From Octopus bimaculoides (Eukaryota): a stretch of DNA of 42,956 nucleotides. The stretch lies in assembly GCF_001194135.2 (NCBI RefSeq), contig NC_068981.1, forward strand, positions 163,131,552-163,174,507. Direction: 5' to 3'. The notes under the pieces were generated by a model, which saw only the letters and a list, made by a program, of their open reading frames with translations, was not told the DNA's origin and did no database searches. A program made the position numbers and the translations under genes. Below are positions 1 through 12,170 of the stretch, piece by piece. The first letter of the stretch is position 1. Every line of letters begins with the position of its first letter.

Positions 1-54
1 TATATATACCTACATACATATACATGCACACACAAACACATATACAGAAAGAGA

Positions 55-100
<46 letters not shown>

Positions 101-1005
101 TAGCAAGAGAAAAAAAGAGACGAAGATATGTTTGCAAATGCATGTACATATGTTTATAGACACACACACACACACACACAACCTTACAAAATTTCTTCTT
201 TTTTTAGAAACTTGTCATCAAATTATTAATTACTTAAGAACTGAAAATAAATGCAAAATTTAATATTGATTACTTTTCAATTCAGAATGGAGAGAAAAGG
301 TGGAAAAGATTAAGAAATAATATAAAATAATATAATAATGGAATGTGATATAGTATAATATAAATATAGTATAAAAATATATTGTTTAAATCAGTGAAAG
401 AATATTCAAAAAAGATAATTGCTTTTCTTTCTAATTTTCTCTCTAATTTTAAGTTTTGCTTTATTGATCCAAATCTAAGCATGATTTAAATTGCTACCAG
501 GATAATCTTAGAATGTGTGTTTGGTAAACTGGAGGAAAATAATCTTAATCCAGAGGTTTACTGCTATCTCTTGTGAATATTGCTGTAAAAATATCCTGCA
601 CAATCCAGGTGTTTGCTATGATAGAGGGAGGAGAGAAAGAGAGAGAAAAAAAGAGATAGAAAGAGTGAGGGATAAAATGCAGAGAGAGTGAGAGAGAAAG
701 AGATGAGAATGTTATGCTAAAGTGAGTAAACCAACATAGTGGAAGAACAGCAGAGACAGCTTATAGAAAGAAGCAAGATGGTGTTGGTGGCAATAATGAT
801 AGTATGCTGCTGCTGCTTCTAGTAAAGGTGGTTGTGGAAGTGGCCCTGTAGTGGTGGTGGTGGAGATGGTAGGGAAGAGAGAAAGAGATCAGGAAAGATG
901 TGAAGCTGACTAAGGGAATATGACAACTGTGCCAACACCACTATCAGCTACTGTGGCTTCAGACTTGTTTTGTGTATTGAAACACACCACACTGCTGACA
1001 CACAG

Positions 1006-1007
<2 letters not shown>

Positions 1008-1091
<84 letters not shown>

Positions 1092-1100
1092 GAGAGAGAG
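1008..1100. repeat. (GA)n microsatellite
   Basis: Near-pure GA dinucleotide run, source of the ERERER/SLSLSL ORFs. Confidence 0.97.
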
Positions 1101-2144
1101 ATTGATATGAGGAAAAGGTTGGAAGGGGGGACAGCCAACAAGGGAGACAGTGACAGAGGCACATATCTGGTTGACATAAATAGTTCTCACACTTCAGTGA
1201 TGTTTGCTTGCTCTAGCCAAAACTATCAACCACACAGACAAGTAAAGTCTATGGTGATGATATTTTACTGCAAAGCAAGAAGATGCAAATATATGTGATT
1301 AGCTTAAAAACGAATAATTAATAAAATACAAAGACAAATATTAACGACGATAAAAGCAAAGGAAGGAGAGAAACGTTCATAAAATATAAATAAACAGGGA
1401 ATAAAATATAATAGGAATTTATAATAAATAATATAAAACTCAGCAATGAATGTCTAATAAATGGCACCCTGTAATAGCCTGAGAAGCATTTGCTTATAAC
1501 TTGAAGGGAAATCAACTGAGAGAAGTAACAGTGGAGATTTTGGTATTTAACCTTTTGTTCAACATCAGGTTGAGAACTACAAGGTCACAACAGCCTGTCC
1601 ACTGATGAAGCAATTGGACAAACCAGGAAGGAAGGGAATGAGTGAGTGAATGAATGAAGGAGGGAGGGAGGAAGGGTGGTAGTGGAGTGAATGGGCAATG
1701 GAAAGGGTACATGGGCGGGTGNNNNNNNNNNNNNNNNNNNNNNNNNNNNNNNNNNNNNNNNNNNNNNNNNNNNNNNNNNNNNNNNNNNNNNNNTAGGGTC
1801 ATATCGAAGGTTTCCCTTAGTTATAATTACATTATAGCAGGAATAATCTATAGAAACTGCCTGTTTTTAATAACAAATGCACAGCATATTTAGAATTTGG
1901 TTGGGGATAGATAATCTAATAACTTTGATAACGTGACTGTGTGTGTGTGTGTGTGTGCGCACGTGCATGCTTGTGTGTGTGTGTACATATGCCTGTGTGT
2001 GTGTGTGCATACACATGTATGCAGGAGGTTATGAAGTTCATTTTGCAAAAGGCATCTTTCCAGGTTTGATCTCACTGCAGGGGTACCCTGACTAAATGTC
2101 TTCTTGCCATAATCTTCAGTTGGCCAATGCCCTGTGACTGAAAT

Positions 2145-2184
<40 letters not shown>

Positions 2185-2194
2185 CGTGCACATG

Positions 2195-2520
2195 CATGGT
2201 TGGGTGATTAAGGAGCTTGTTGTGCAACCATGTGGTTTGGAACTCAGTCCCATTGCATGACTCCTCAGGCCGACGTGTGCCTCATGAGTGAATTTGATAG
2301 GAAGAAACTGTGAAAACATGTCATATAAGTATGTGTGTGTGTGTTTGCACATCCACACTACTTGACATCTGGTGTAGGTTTGTTTACATCCTTGTAACTT
2401 AGCATTTCAGCAAAACTGAATGATAGAAAAAGTACCAATCTTAAAAAATAAATACCGGGTCAATTTGTTTGATTAAACCCATCATGGCTGCAGTCCAATA
2501 GCTGAAGCAAGTAAAAAGAT
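2195..2520 (+). mobile_element. SINE family B (tRNA-like head, core, tail type 1), diverged
   Basis: Matches the copies at 10182-10564 and 42423-42730: head ...caaccatgtggtt...cagtcccattgc, core ...gtgaatttgataggaagaaactg, tail ...catggctgcagtccaatagctgaagcaagtaaaa. Confidence 0.75.
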
Positions 2521-2796
2521 ATAAGTATGTATGGGTATGTCTATCGGCTAGATGTCTGATGTCTATACACATCAGTGGGAAAACTGGGGACAGGACAATG
2601 CTTTTTGAATGAAGACCCTTGTAATATTTGTTCTGCCCTAAGTTATATAAACACTTGCTAGTCACTCTCATCATCAAAATTGCAATGGACCAGAAATTGG
2701 TATGTTGAGAAGCTGTAACCAACAACACTGTTGTTTCTGAATTTGGTTATACAATAAGACAATGTATTTGTTTGGATTAATGATAATAATAATGAT

Positions 2797-3005
2797 TTCA
2801 AATTTTGGCACAAGGTCAACAAGCTTGGGGAAGGGGGCTGGTCAATTAGATCGATTCCAGTATTCAACTGGTATATTTTCATTGACCGTGAAAGGATGGA
2901 AATGCAAAATCTGCCTCAGTGGAATTTGAACTCAGAACATAAAAGACGGATGATCTGCCGCTTAACATTTTGCCTGGCATAGTAATGATTCTGCCAGCTT
3001 GCCAC
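2797..3005 (-). mobile_element. SINE family A copy
   Basis: Reverse complement shows head ggcaagctggcagaatc, B-box-like gagttcaaattcc, central gcatttccatcctttcacggtcaatgaaaatataccag and the tail shared with the 32734-32948 copy; (AAT)n on both sides. Confidence 0.85.
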
Positions 3006-3032
3006 AATAATAATAATAATAATAATAATAAT

Positions 3033-4028
3033 TTGTTCGTTTTATTGGCCACAAGGGCTAATATCAATTAAAGACATATAAGGACAAAGACAGGACGAAG
3101 GTTACAAAAGGTTTTGTCCGAAAAGGTAGGAAAGTTCGTCTAAACAGGGGAAGAAAACGGAGAAAGATATAATAAATAAATAGATAAATAAATAAGTAGA
3201 ACTCCCAAAGGGGGAGGCGCTTCGAAAAAGGAAAGGTTACACGTGGAAAAACCCATAAAACCACGGGAGCCTGGTCAGAAAAAATAAGAAAGGGGTATAG
3301 AGCCCTTTCTCCTTTTNNNNNNNNNNNNNNNNNNNNNNNNNNNNNNNNNNNNNNNNNNNNNNNNNNNNNNNNNNNNNNNNNNNNNNNNNNNNNNNNNNNN
3401 NNNNNNNNNNNNNNNNNNNNNNNNNNNNNNNNNNNNNNNNNNNNNNNNNNNNNNNNNNNNNNNNNNNNNNNNNNNNNNNNNNNNNNNNNNNNNNNNNNNN
3501 NNNNNNNNNNNNNNNNNNNNNNNNNNNNNNNNNNNNNNNNNNNNNNNNNNNNNNNNNNNNNNNNNNNNNNNNNNNNNNNNNNNNNNNNNNNNNNNNNNNN
3601 NNNNNNNNNNNNNNNNNNNNNNNNNNNNNNNNNNNNNNNNNNNNNNNNNNNNNNNNNNNNNNNNNNNNNNNNNNNNNNNNNNNNNNNNNNNNNNNNNNNN
3701 NNNNNNNNNNNNNNNNNNNNNNNNTAAAGGAGGTCGGCGGGCCAATTCTCACGATGGATCCAGCTGATAGCCGGATCCGTCCTACACGTGACAGTAGCTG
3801 TTCGATATAGACCCACAGGTCAGCAATGCTCGGGCACTGGACGAGTGTGTGCAGAACGGTTTCGTCGTCCTGAGCGCACCTCGGGCAGGCCCGGTTGACG
3901 GCACTTCCATGTCAGTAGAGTTTATCTCGAACAGGTAGCGCACCTCGGTAGCACTGCCAGGCGAGGGACCTTTGGAAATTATCCATGGGCCCCGGCCCGA
4001 AAGTTCTCCTGAACAGACTGCTTAGCTG
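3033..4028 (-). mobile_element. 5'-truncated Tx1/L1-clade non-LTR retrotransposon (ORF2 C-terminal zf-RVT plus 3' UTR), inserted in (AAT)n
   Basis: Minus strand 4028-3725 translates QLSSLFRRTFGPGPMDNFQRSLAWQCYRGALPVRDKLY*HGSAVNRACPRCAQDDETVLHTLVQCPSIADLW..., a CX2CX8HX4C knuckle preceded by the W..Y...LP motif of zf-RVT. One in-frame TGA at 3912-3914. Beyond the gap a pyrimidine-rich 3' UTR ends in AATAAA-acgaacaa. Much more GC/CpG-rich than the flanks. Confidence 0.85.
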
Positions 4029-4049
4029 ATAATAATAATAATAATAATA

Positions 4050-4177
4050 GTTCCAAATTTCGGTACAAGGCCAGCAGTTTTTCAGGGGAGTGGGTAAGGA
4101 TGAAAGGCAAAGTCGATCTCGGCAGAATTTGAACTCGGAACCACCCAGAAAGCTAACGACTGCCAGCTCACCACCTT
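4050..4177 (-). mobile_element. SINE family A copy, internally deleted
   Basis: Plus-strand ggatgaaaggcaaagtcgatctcggcagaatttgaactcgg and aacgactgccagctcaccacctt are the reverse complement of the family A centre and head. Confidence 0.8.
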
Positions 4178-4314
4178 AATAAAAAAAATAATAATGATAA
4201 TAATAAATGTAATAGAGTGGATTCTTTCATTCAAAGCTGAAGCATCAGTCTATCACTACTGTAAATTTCCCATTTATGTTCTCCCATCATGAAAAACTTA
4301 AACAGAAGTAATCT

Positions 4315-4530
4315 TGAAAGTTTGGTACTTATTTTATCGGCCCCTTTTGCCAAACTACTAAATGAGAGAATATGTAAACACGCTAAAATCAGTTGCCAAG
4401 TGGTGGTGAGACACAAACACAGTCACACACACACGATGGGCTTTCTTCAGTTCCTGTCTCCCAAATTCATTCATAAGGATTTGGTTGGTCTGAGGCTGAA
4501 GTAGAAGACACTTGCCTGAATTCATAATCC
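4315..4530 (-). mobile_element. SINE family B fragment (core plus part of tail 1)
   Basis: ttcttcagttcctgtctcccaaattcattcataagg...gaagtagaagacacttgcc is the reverse complement of the family B core. Confidence 0.7.
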
Positions 4531-4567
4531 TAGTGTTGAAGTACAGTAACTGCTTTCTTGAGGTATG

Positions 4568-4570
<3 letters not shown>

Positions 4571-4642
<72 letters not shown>
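4571..4642. repeat. (TA)n microsatellite
   Basis: Pure TA run of about 36 units. Confidence 0.97.
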
Positions 4643-4646
<4 letters not shown>

Positions 4647-4740
4647 CATATATACATACATCCACATATATCCTATTTATTTATCAGTCAAAAACACGTA
4701 CTACAGAATTGAGAAGATAGCTCATAAAGTATTTCCAAAG

Positions 4741-4777
4741 ATCTCCTGAAGAGGGCCTAACCCCAAAATATTGAAAT
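4741..4777 (+). ncRNA. Decayed minimal type I hammerhead-like motif (possible Penelope/retrozyme remnant)
   Basis: ATCTC-CTGAAGA-GGG-cctaac-CCC-aAAA-TA-T-t-GAaAT. Canonical after G12>A, C17>T (both CpG-decay type) and one stem I mismatch. Confidence 0.4.
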
Positions 4778-5652
4778 TCAAAGTAAAAGCATAAACCATT
4801 GACTTGTAATACAAGTTGGTTTCTAACTCACACTGTTTTTGATTTAAAAAATAAATAAAAAACATTTAACTATATCCAACAATGCTTCATGCAAACTATC
4901 CTACTTAAATATGTGTCTACAACAGATTTATGTTGATTTTGTGTAAGCATTACCAATGTAGTCTAGAACAAAATAATATAAATTAGTCTATTGGTTTACT
5001 AAGTTTTAGGGGATATTAGCCATTTCTGCAGGTAGTGGCTGTGCAGAAAGTTGATTCAGAGTTGTGGTAGTTATGCCTTTCTCCATTGACAATAATCATT
5101 GAGAGAAATGAAATGAAATATCTAAACTGAAGCATCAAAAGTTTTCAGAGTTTGTCAGAGTAAGTGGAGAAGATGCAAAGACAGAAAGAGAAGAGGAGGG
5201 GAAAAAGAAGTGAAAGAAAATACAGGCCTATAGATAGGCTTAGAGCAATAGAGAAAGGAGGGGGAGCAGAGAGATATGAGTAAAACGAGAGGAGGAGAGA
5301 GACAAAGAGAACACAGTAGATTAAAAAGACAAAGCTTACAATAAATATAAAAGGCTTTTGTTAAGTAATGCAATTTAATGATAATGCAAGATGACCTTGG
5401 GAAATATGTTCAGTTTAGAGATATTGATATAAATCATGATTCTTAAGAGATATATATCTTTGAAAGAGACCTAACAGAAAGCTATGGCAAACTTCATTCC
5501 TCCATTATAAAGGATTTTGCTGGGTAAAAAACAAAAAAAAAAGAAGAAAAAGAAAGAAAAGAAAAACATCAAACAAAAAAAAACAAACAAATGTGCTAGT
5601 TTAATTATATATTTGAGATAACAACAAAAATGAAAAATAGAGGAAATCTCTG

Positions 5653-5701
<49 letters not shown>

Positions 5702-6573
5702 TACATATATCTACATACATATGTGTGTGTGTATATATGCTCTGTATGTATACGTATATATGTAAGAGTATATGCGTTTACTATTAATTTATGTAATAAT
5801 ATGTAATCTGAGGAAATAAGTATTTTGACACATACAAGATAAACAGATAGCAGGAGTTTTTTTGTGTTTTTTAATAATGAGGCACAATGCCAAAACTAAG
5901 CTTGTTAACAGAAAAAGTCTTTATGTTGTTTATTCGTTATGGTTCAATTAACAGAAAAGATATACCAACAAACCATACAAAATGCTTTAGATTCACATTA
6001 TTAACACACGGGAAGGTTTTATAGAAAGGGAAAATAAACACTTGATCCAATTGATGTAATGTAAACAATATATTTTTTTTTTTCCATATGAAATGGAAAT
6101 AAGAAAAGATTTATATTAAAACACATACAAACATACACATAAGCCAGAATGATGAAAGAAAGAGAAAGTAAGTAATCTATTTAGAAAAGGCAATTATATT
6201 GTTGAAATTGAAGGTGTAATTTATATGAGATGATATATAATAGCAATTTTAATATGCATTAATAGGTCCACCGTTGCAACATGTAGAAGATGATGGTGGG
6301 GGGTTCTTGTAATAGATGTGCAACATCAAATTTATATGTCATAGTGATCATGTGTACTTAGAAAAGGATATAGGCATAAGGAGTAAGATAAGGTAATAAG
6401 TAATGGTAGATGGTTTGGGTTGGTTGAGTAGAGAGGAAAAGACAAGAAAGAAATAGATGATTTCTCATGATATATTTAAGGTAGAACATTACCATTCTAG
6501 GACAAAGAGAGATTAAGTTAACTAATAAATGCAAGAAAACCAAAACAATTCTAGATTGAGAAAGAGATACTTT

Positions 6574-6614
<41 letters not shown>

Positions 6615-6620
6615 CCCCCT

Positions 6621-6845
6621 CTCTGTTTGTGTCCTTGTCTTAATATCATGTGATGATAGCAAATGCACATCACCATTGTACAAGTCTTCCATGAAGAACA
6701 TGTTTGGCCATGGGAAAATACTACCATGCTTGGAAACATTTGAGAGTTGAGGAAAGGAGGGGCATCTGGTTGTAGGAGACTTGGTTTAACAAATTTTGTT
6801 TGACTTATGCAAGCAAGGAAAAGGGAACATCAAGATGATGATAGA
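6621..6845 (+). mobile_element. SINE family B tail type 2 fragment
   Basis: catgtttggccatgggaaaatactaccatgcttggaaac ... tatgcaagcaaggaaaag ... gatgatgat, matching 15600-15791 and 18400-18635. Confidence 0.7.
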
Positions 6846-6989
6846 TGAGCGAATGAATGGCTGTTGGTGATATGTCATTTCTAAAATGAAGTGTGGAATT
6901 TTAAAATTTACTTCTTTATAATTTATTATGCTGGTACTATACTCAATAAGGGTTTATAGCTGGGATTAACAGCCAAAATGGGAGCTTTA

Positions 6990-7262
6990 TACAGTCACTT
7001 GACCTGCTGAATAGCCATGGTTGGAATGCTTTTCATTGATATGTACAGGATTAAGATTGGCTAGGGCCAAAAAAGACAAGAACTACAACTACAGGGGAAC
7101 ATCTATGCATGGTTAGTCACACAACAAGCTACAATTAACAGCTAAATCTCCATCAGATAACACCTTACCATCCATATAAGGAAAGAAACATAGGATAATG
7201 CTTAAGTTTTAGATACAATATACCTGAAGATCAGGGGAAAACCTGGGACTAAAGAACAACCA
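6990..7262 (+). repeat. Dispersed repeat family E copy (probable SINE or non-autonomous retroelement)
   Basis: aacagctaaatctccatcagataacaccttaccatc...aggaaagaaacataggataatg...ttagataca...cctgggactaaagaacaac, homologous to segments at 24.6, 25.1, 29.7, 31.9 and 34.4 kb. Confidence 0.55.
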
Positions 7263-7724
7263 CTACTACACAAATAAATGAAGAAATCTACAAGCCACTG
7301 AAGGAATCTAAGCCACAAAGACAGCCTCTATGCAGTCAACTGACCAGCTGGAAATAACCAAATTTCCCCCAAATTACACCCTACTAAAAAGGAGAAAAAC
7401 AAATTGATTTAAGTGGTCAATGATGCACATGTTCAAATAAAAGGAGATGATCACAGCCAAGATACATCCGATTGCAGTTGTCAGAGGCTACAAAAGAAGC
7501 GAAAGTATTTGCTGGTTGACAGATTGATCGACAAAGGGCTACTTTTTATTTGCAATATTTACCTTTGTTATAGAGTAGATTACAACAAATTTATATCTTG
7601 TCTCACACACAGTCCCAGATGCAATACAGGTAATCCTCACTTAAAAATTGACAAAGAAAATAGAACCTGGTAAAGTTGACACATAATCAAACAGCTGATC
7701 CTGATGATAAAAGGGTAGATTTAA

Positions 7725-8030
7725 CTTCATTTATTTTTTAAATAGTCTTACTCGTTGGACGGTGGCCATGCTGGAGCACTTTTAGTCACATTATTCAACC
7801 CTATACTTATATTTTTAAGTCTGGTACTTCGGTCTTGTGTGGCAAAGCACTAAGTTATGGTGTCAAAGAAACCAACACTGGTTGCCAAGCGGTGGGATGG
7901 AGGGGAGGGGAACAAACAAACGTATGACTGGCTTCTATACAACTTCTGTCAAACAAATTCTTATTGGGACTGAACTATATGGTTGCGAAGGGAACCTCTT
8001 AATCACACAGTCGTGCCTGCACACACACAA
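7725..8030 (-). mobile_element. SINE family B (tail 1), diverged
   Basis: ggccatgctggagcac...ctggtactt...ctaagttatgg and ttaatcacacagtcgtgcctgc are the reverse complement of tail 1 and the head. Confidence 0.7.
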
Positions 8031-8145
8031 CCTTCAAAGTACTTGGCTGTTAAGGTAGAAAATAGTACGAATGAACTCAGGATCATGATTTCAAACCAAA
8101 CTTCTAACCTCACAGCCATAGCTGAACACATATCACAGTCTTTAA

Positions 8146-8366
8146 CCCTTTAGCATTCAAGCCGGCCATATCTGGCCAAACTATTTTACCTGTTTTATGT
8201 TCAAACTGGCCAGATCTGGCCTCTCACACCTACTCTACAATGCCATTCTAAAAAATAAACAATAACATCATCGAAACCTCAAAGCTACAAGATAATGCAT
8301 GATTAATTCAAAACAATGGGATTAAATAAGCATAACATTTGATAGAAAAATCTGAATGCTAAAGGG
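8146..8366. mobile_element. piggyBac-type MITE (221 bp)
   Basis: TTAA|CCCTTTAGCATTCA...TGAATGCTAAAGGG|TTAA: perfect terminal inverted repeats with a TTAA duplication (8142-8145, 8367-8370). Homologous copies at 16.6, 31.2 and 39.7 kb. Confidence 0.9.
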
Positions 8367-9924
8367 TTAATAAGCAAAAAATAGCAGTGAAAATGAAGTG
8401 GTAAAGTCTTGGGATCACAAATCATATACTTGATGAAAGCAAGGTTACACAAGTGTGTGTGTGTGTGCTTGCAACCTGGAGTTAAAAATTTGCATGAGAT
8501 TCCATAGATGTCTTGGGTTAGAGTTATACTTGCTATGAGTATAACAGTTAACAGCTTTGTTATAGGAAAAACATGACGATTGAGAAGTTTAGTTGAAAAG
8601 ACCTTTGGAGGAATGAACTCACAACTCAGAACTTCTAACACTAGACATAGGTCCTTCTAGCATTATGAAATCGTTTAATGTGGGCAACAACCCAAGTTAA
8701 GGATTGCTGTCTGTCTTGATGCAAGTAAGAACTCAAGCAAAGTTCACCACAAAACTACAACAAATTCTACTACCACTACTACTACTTATACTACTACTGC
8801 TATCCTCACCACATGCGATGCTGCTGTAGAACAGTTTTCTGTCTGTTCTTGCTAACATGGTCATTTATTCCATATGCATTCTTTTCAATCTCGTGCAAGT
8901 CCATCATCAATATTGAGATGAAGGTAGAAATGAAAAGATGGAAAAAGTGACACTGATTGAGGAGTGAGTGTATGAGAGAGAGGGAGAGAGAGAGAGAGAG
9001 GAGGCATAAAGGAAGGAGGAAGGTAGTGATGAGGGGTGGTGAGAGACTGAAGGATATTAATAATGGCTGGCTAGCTATAGCTTGCTCAGTAAAAACCTTA
9101 GAGTGAACAGATTTAATTGTGTCTCCAACTTGAGGTTGGATTATAGATATACATATATAATTTTAATTAATCAAACTAAAAACTCCTATGAAAATATAAA
9201 AATATCTCGGTAAAAGCGATGAAGGTGAAAAAGAATATAAACATGAATAAACAGCAATAATGATAAGAACAACAATAATAATAATAATTTGTGTAATTTA
9301 AAAATTGACATTTTTCCAATTTAACAATTCATTACATAAAGTGAAGCTAAAAAATGGCTTTAAAAAAAAACGGTAAAAAAAATAAAAGCTGAAAACCCAG
9401 ACAAAATAGGTTTATTTGAAAGGATGTGTGATATATAATAATAACAATCAATCTCAGTGGAGAATCTCAGAAAAATCTCTCTCCTATGTAAAAAAGAGAC
9501 GAGGAGGAAGCGTGTGAAATAAACCTGAATACAACAACAAAGACAATACAGTATGTTTATTGTATACAGTCTTTTGTTTCAGAAAAGCAACTGAAATTCA
9601 AACAAAAGCCATGAAGAATAAATCACAAACTTGTGAGACACTTGTAATTAAATTTATAATTAGAACACAATCTCACTCCTTTACTCTCATGTATGTAATT
9701 TGCCTGGTGACTAGAGTTTGCTTTGTTAGTTCCTTTCTCCCTTATGCATTCCATTTCTATAAAAATTCATGTGCCATGGAATTCTTAAAAGAAGAGAAAA
9801 GAGGCAAGCGGAGAAAAGGGAGGGGAGCAACAGTGGAAGTGAGTAAAATCTAGCAGAGGTGCTCGCTTTTTGCTAGCCGCTCTGCCCATATACCCTTTCT
9901 TAATTCAAACATGAAATTCTTATT

Positions 9925-10060
9925 GGCTGTGTGCTAAGACGTTTGCTTCTTAACCCCATAGCCTTGGGCTCCATTGCATGACTCCTACTATAGCTCCAGG
10001 CTAACCAAAGCCTTGCGAGTGGATTTGGTAGATGGAAACTGAAAGAAGCCTGTTGCATGC
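9925..10060 (+). mobile_element. SINE family B head and core
   Basis: ggctgtgtgctaag...ctatagc...caaagccttgcgagtggatttggtagatggaaactgaaagaagcc, followed by (TG)n. Confidence 0.8.
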
Positions 10061-10066
10061 ACATGC

Positions 10067-10157
<91 letters not shown>
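10067..10157. repeat. (TG)n microsatellite
   Basis: About 45 TG units with one interruption. Confidence 0.97.
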
Positions 10158-10160
<3 letters not shown>

Positions 10161-10181
10161 TGCTTGGCATACACACACACA

Positions 10182-10564
10182 TTCTTTTATTCTTTTACAT
10201 GTTTCAGTCATTTTGACTGCGGCCATGCTGGAGCACCGCCTTTAGTCGAGCAACTCGACCCCAGGACATTCTTTGTAAGCCTAGTACTTATTCTATTGGT
10301 CTCTTTTGCTAAACCGCTAAGTTACAGGGATGTGAATGCACCAGCATTAGTTGTCAAGCAATGCTGGGAGGGGGGGGAGACAAACACAGACACACAAACA
10401 TATACATGACAGGCTTCTTTCAGTTTCCGTCTACCAAATCCACTCACAAAGCTTCGGTCAGTCCAAGGCTATAGTAGAAGACCCGTACCCAAGGTTCAAC
10501 ACAGTGGAACTGAACCCGGAACCATGTGATTGGTAGGCAAGCTACTTACCACACAACCACTCCT
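10182..10564 (-). mobile_element. SINE family B, near full length (tail 1)
   Basis: Reverse complement: tRNA-like head (A-box-like tggttgtgtggtaag, B-box-like ggttccgggttcagttcc), core, short CA/TG spacer, then tail ending ...gctccagcatggccgcagtcaaaatgactgaaacatgtaaaagaataaaag. Confidence 0.9.
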
Positions 10565-10699
10565 ATCTATATGTGCCAAGCACTTCACAGCACAGACAGG
10601 ATGTTTTTTATCCCACCTGCACTATGAGGTCACCATGCAGTACCCAGGACGGGGCCTGGGAAGGGGGGATTTAGCATCATGTTAGATGAGGAGATTACT

Positions 10700-10900
10700 A
10701 TGTGTGTGTTACTGTTTGACTTCATGTGATAGCTGTAAATAAATGTCACAAGTCATGTAAGTGGTGTCTTTATTTCCAATCTTCATTCCATGAAAACATG
10801 TCTGGTCATGGGGAAAATATTACCATACTTGGAGAAAAGGCAAGGGTTGGTGACAGGATGGGTATCTGGCTGTAGAATCTGCCTCAAACTTCTAGGTGAC
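10700..10900 (+). mobile_element. SINE family B tail type 2 fragment
   Basis: catgtctggtcatggggaaaatattaccatacttgg...gggttggtgacaggatgggtatctggctgtagaatctgcc. Confidence 0.7.
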
Positions 10901-10980
10901 AAGGATGCAAACAAACCAACACCAGTTAATTTTTTGGTAGAGACAAACATGGACACACACACACACACACACATATATAC

Positions 10981-11039
<59 letters not shown>

Positions 11040-11185
11040 GCCTCTACTGTTTCCATCAACCAAATCCATTCACAAGGCATAGGTTGACCCAGAGCTACAG
11101 GAGAAGACACTTGAGGTGCTGTGCAATGAGACTGAATTCCAAACCAAATGGTCGCAAAATGAGTTTCTTAACCACATAATCATGT
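10895..11185 (-). mobile_element. SINE family B with expanded internal (TA)n/(CA)n
   Basis: ctgtttccatcaaccaaatccattcacaaggc...gagaagacacttgaggtgc is the reverse complement of the core. Confidence 0.7.
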
Positions 11186-12024
11186 CTTCAGGGGAGCTCC
11201 TCTAGAAGTGTCTCCCCAACACATGTAAAAGAGATTTTAACCAAGAAAATGCTGTATTTTTACTATCAAAGTAGTCACTAACAATGTCCTGATTTCTTGA
11301 AATGAATGCATATTAATCTGAATAATTGTTTATATAGAATGTGTAGGCATGTATGATTGTGCATAGATTGTTCTCAACAAGCTATTAGACAAGCAGGTTA
11401 AGTATCACTAGTTAGTTTCAAACCAGGAACACTATAGAGCTCTCGATGGCTATATCCATCTGGCTCAAAGATGTCTTAGTTATGGCAGCTCTTCAGTTAA
11501 TTTACTTAATCCTACACAGAGAAAAGTTACCTGCAACAGATCGGCAATCTATCTGGAAGAAAAGAGGTTTCTCATTTGTTTAATATTTAAGAAAACAAAA
11601 TTCCATCCTGAATCTTTGTCATTTAAAAAAGAATCAGCTTTATAATTTTATAATTGCAAAATGTGGCACAGAAGGATGACAAAGGAATATATGGAAAACA
11701 AGGAAAAGCACAAAAGATAAGGAGACACAGACCCCCTATTCAGTTATCAACCAGAAATCATCATAATATTGATGCCTTATTAAACTGCTCATAGCTATTA
11801 ATGTATTGCAAATAGAATTCAGTTATTAGTGATACTGGTGACAGATTGCAAAATGTCTGAAAGAGGAGCTCCAGGAAAAAGTATATTAAAGAGAGTGGTT
11901 GCATATTATAGTTCCTTCTTTGAAACCTCAACCTCCATAAAAGCCATGATATAAAACAACTTGTCTAAACATAGCAAAGTGTACCCTCCTCCAGATCTGA
12001 ACACAGCCGACTTTTTTTCTAAAG

Positions 12025-12170
12025 AGAGAAAAGATTGAACCTCAGTACTGAACTGGTATTTTATTTATCAATACTGAAATAATGGAAAGCAAAGTCAATG
12101 TTGGTGGGATTTTCAACTCCTATCACAAAGAACCGAAAGGAATACTACAAGGCATTTTACCCAATGTCAG
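12025..12170 (-). mobile_element. SINE family A, strongly diverged
   Basis: ctcagtactgaactggtattttatttatcaatac...ggaaagcaaagtcaa...aaggcattttaccc. Confidence 0.6.

Noticed and set aside
188-240. Minus-strand segment with a good acceptor (tttattttcag) and donor (gtaagg)
   Set aside because: Stop codons in all three frames and very AT-rich; likely chance.
8303-8641. 112-aa minus-strand ORF, and an NPRHLWNLM LINE-like phrase in another frame
   Set aside because: No recognisable domain; the ORF runs through a (CA)n and a MITE, and the LINE-like similarity is too short to support.
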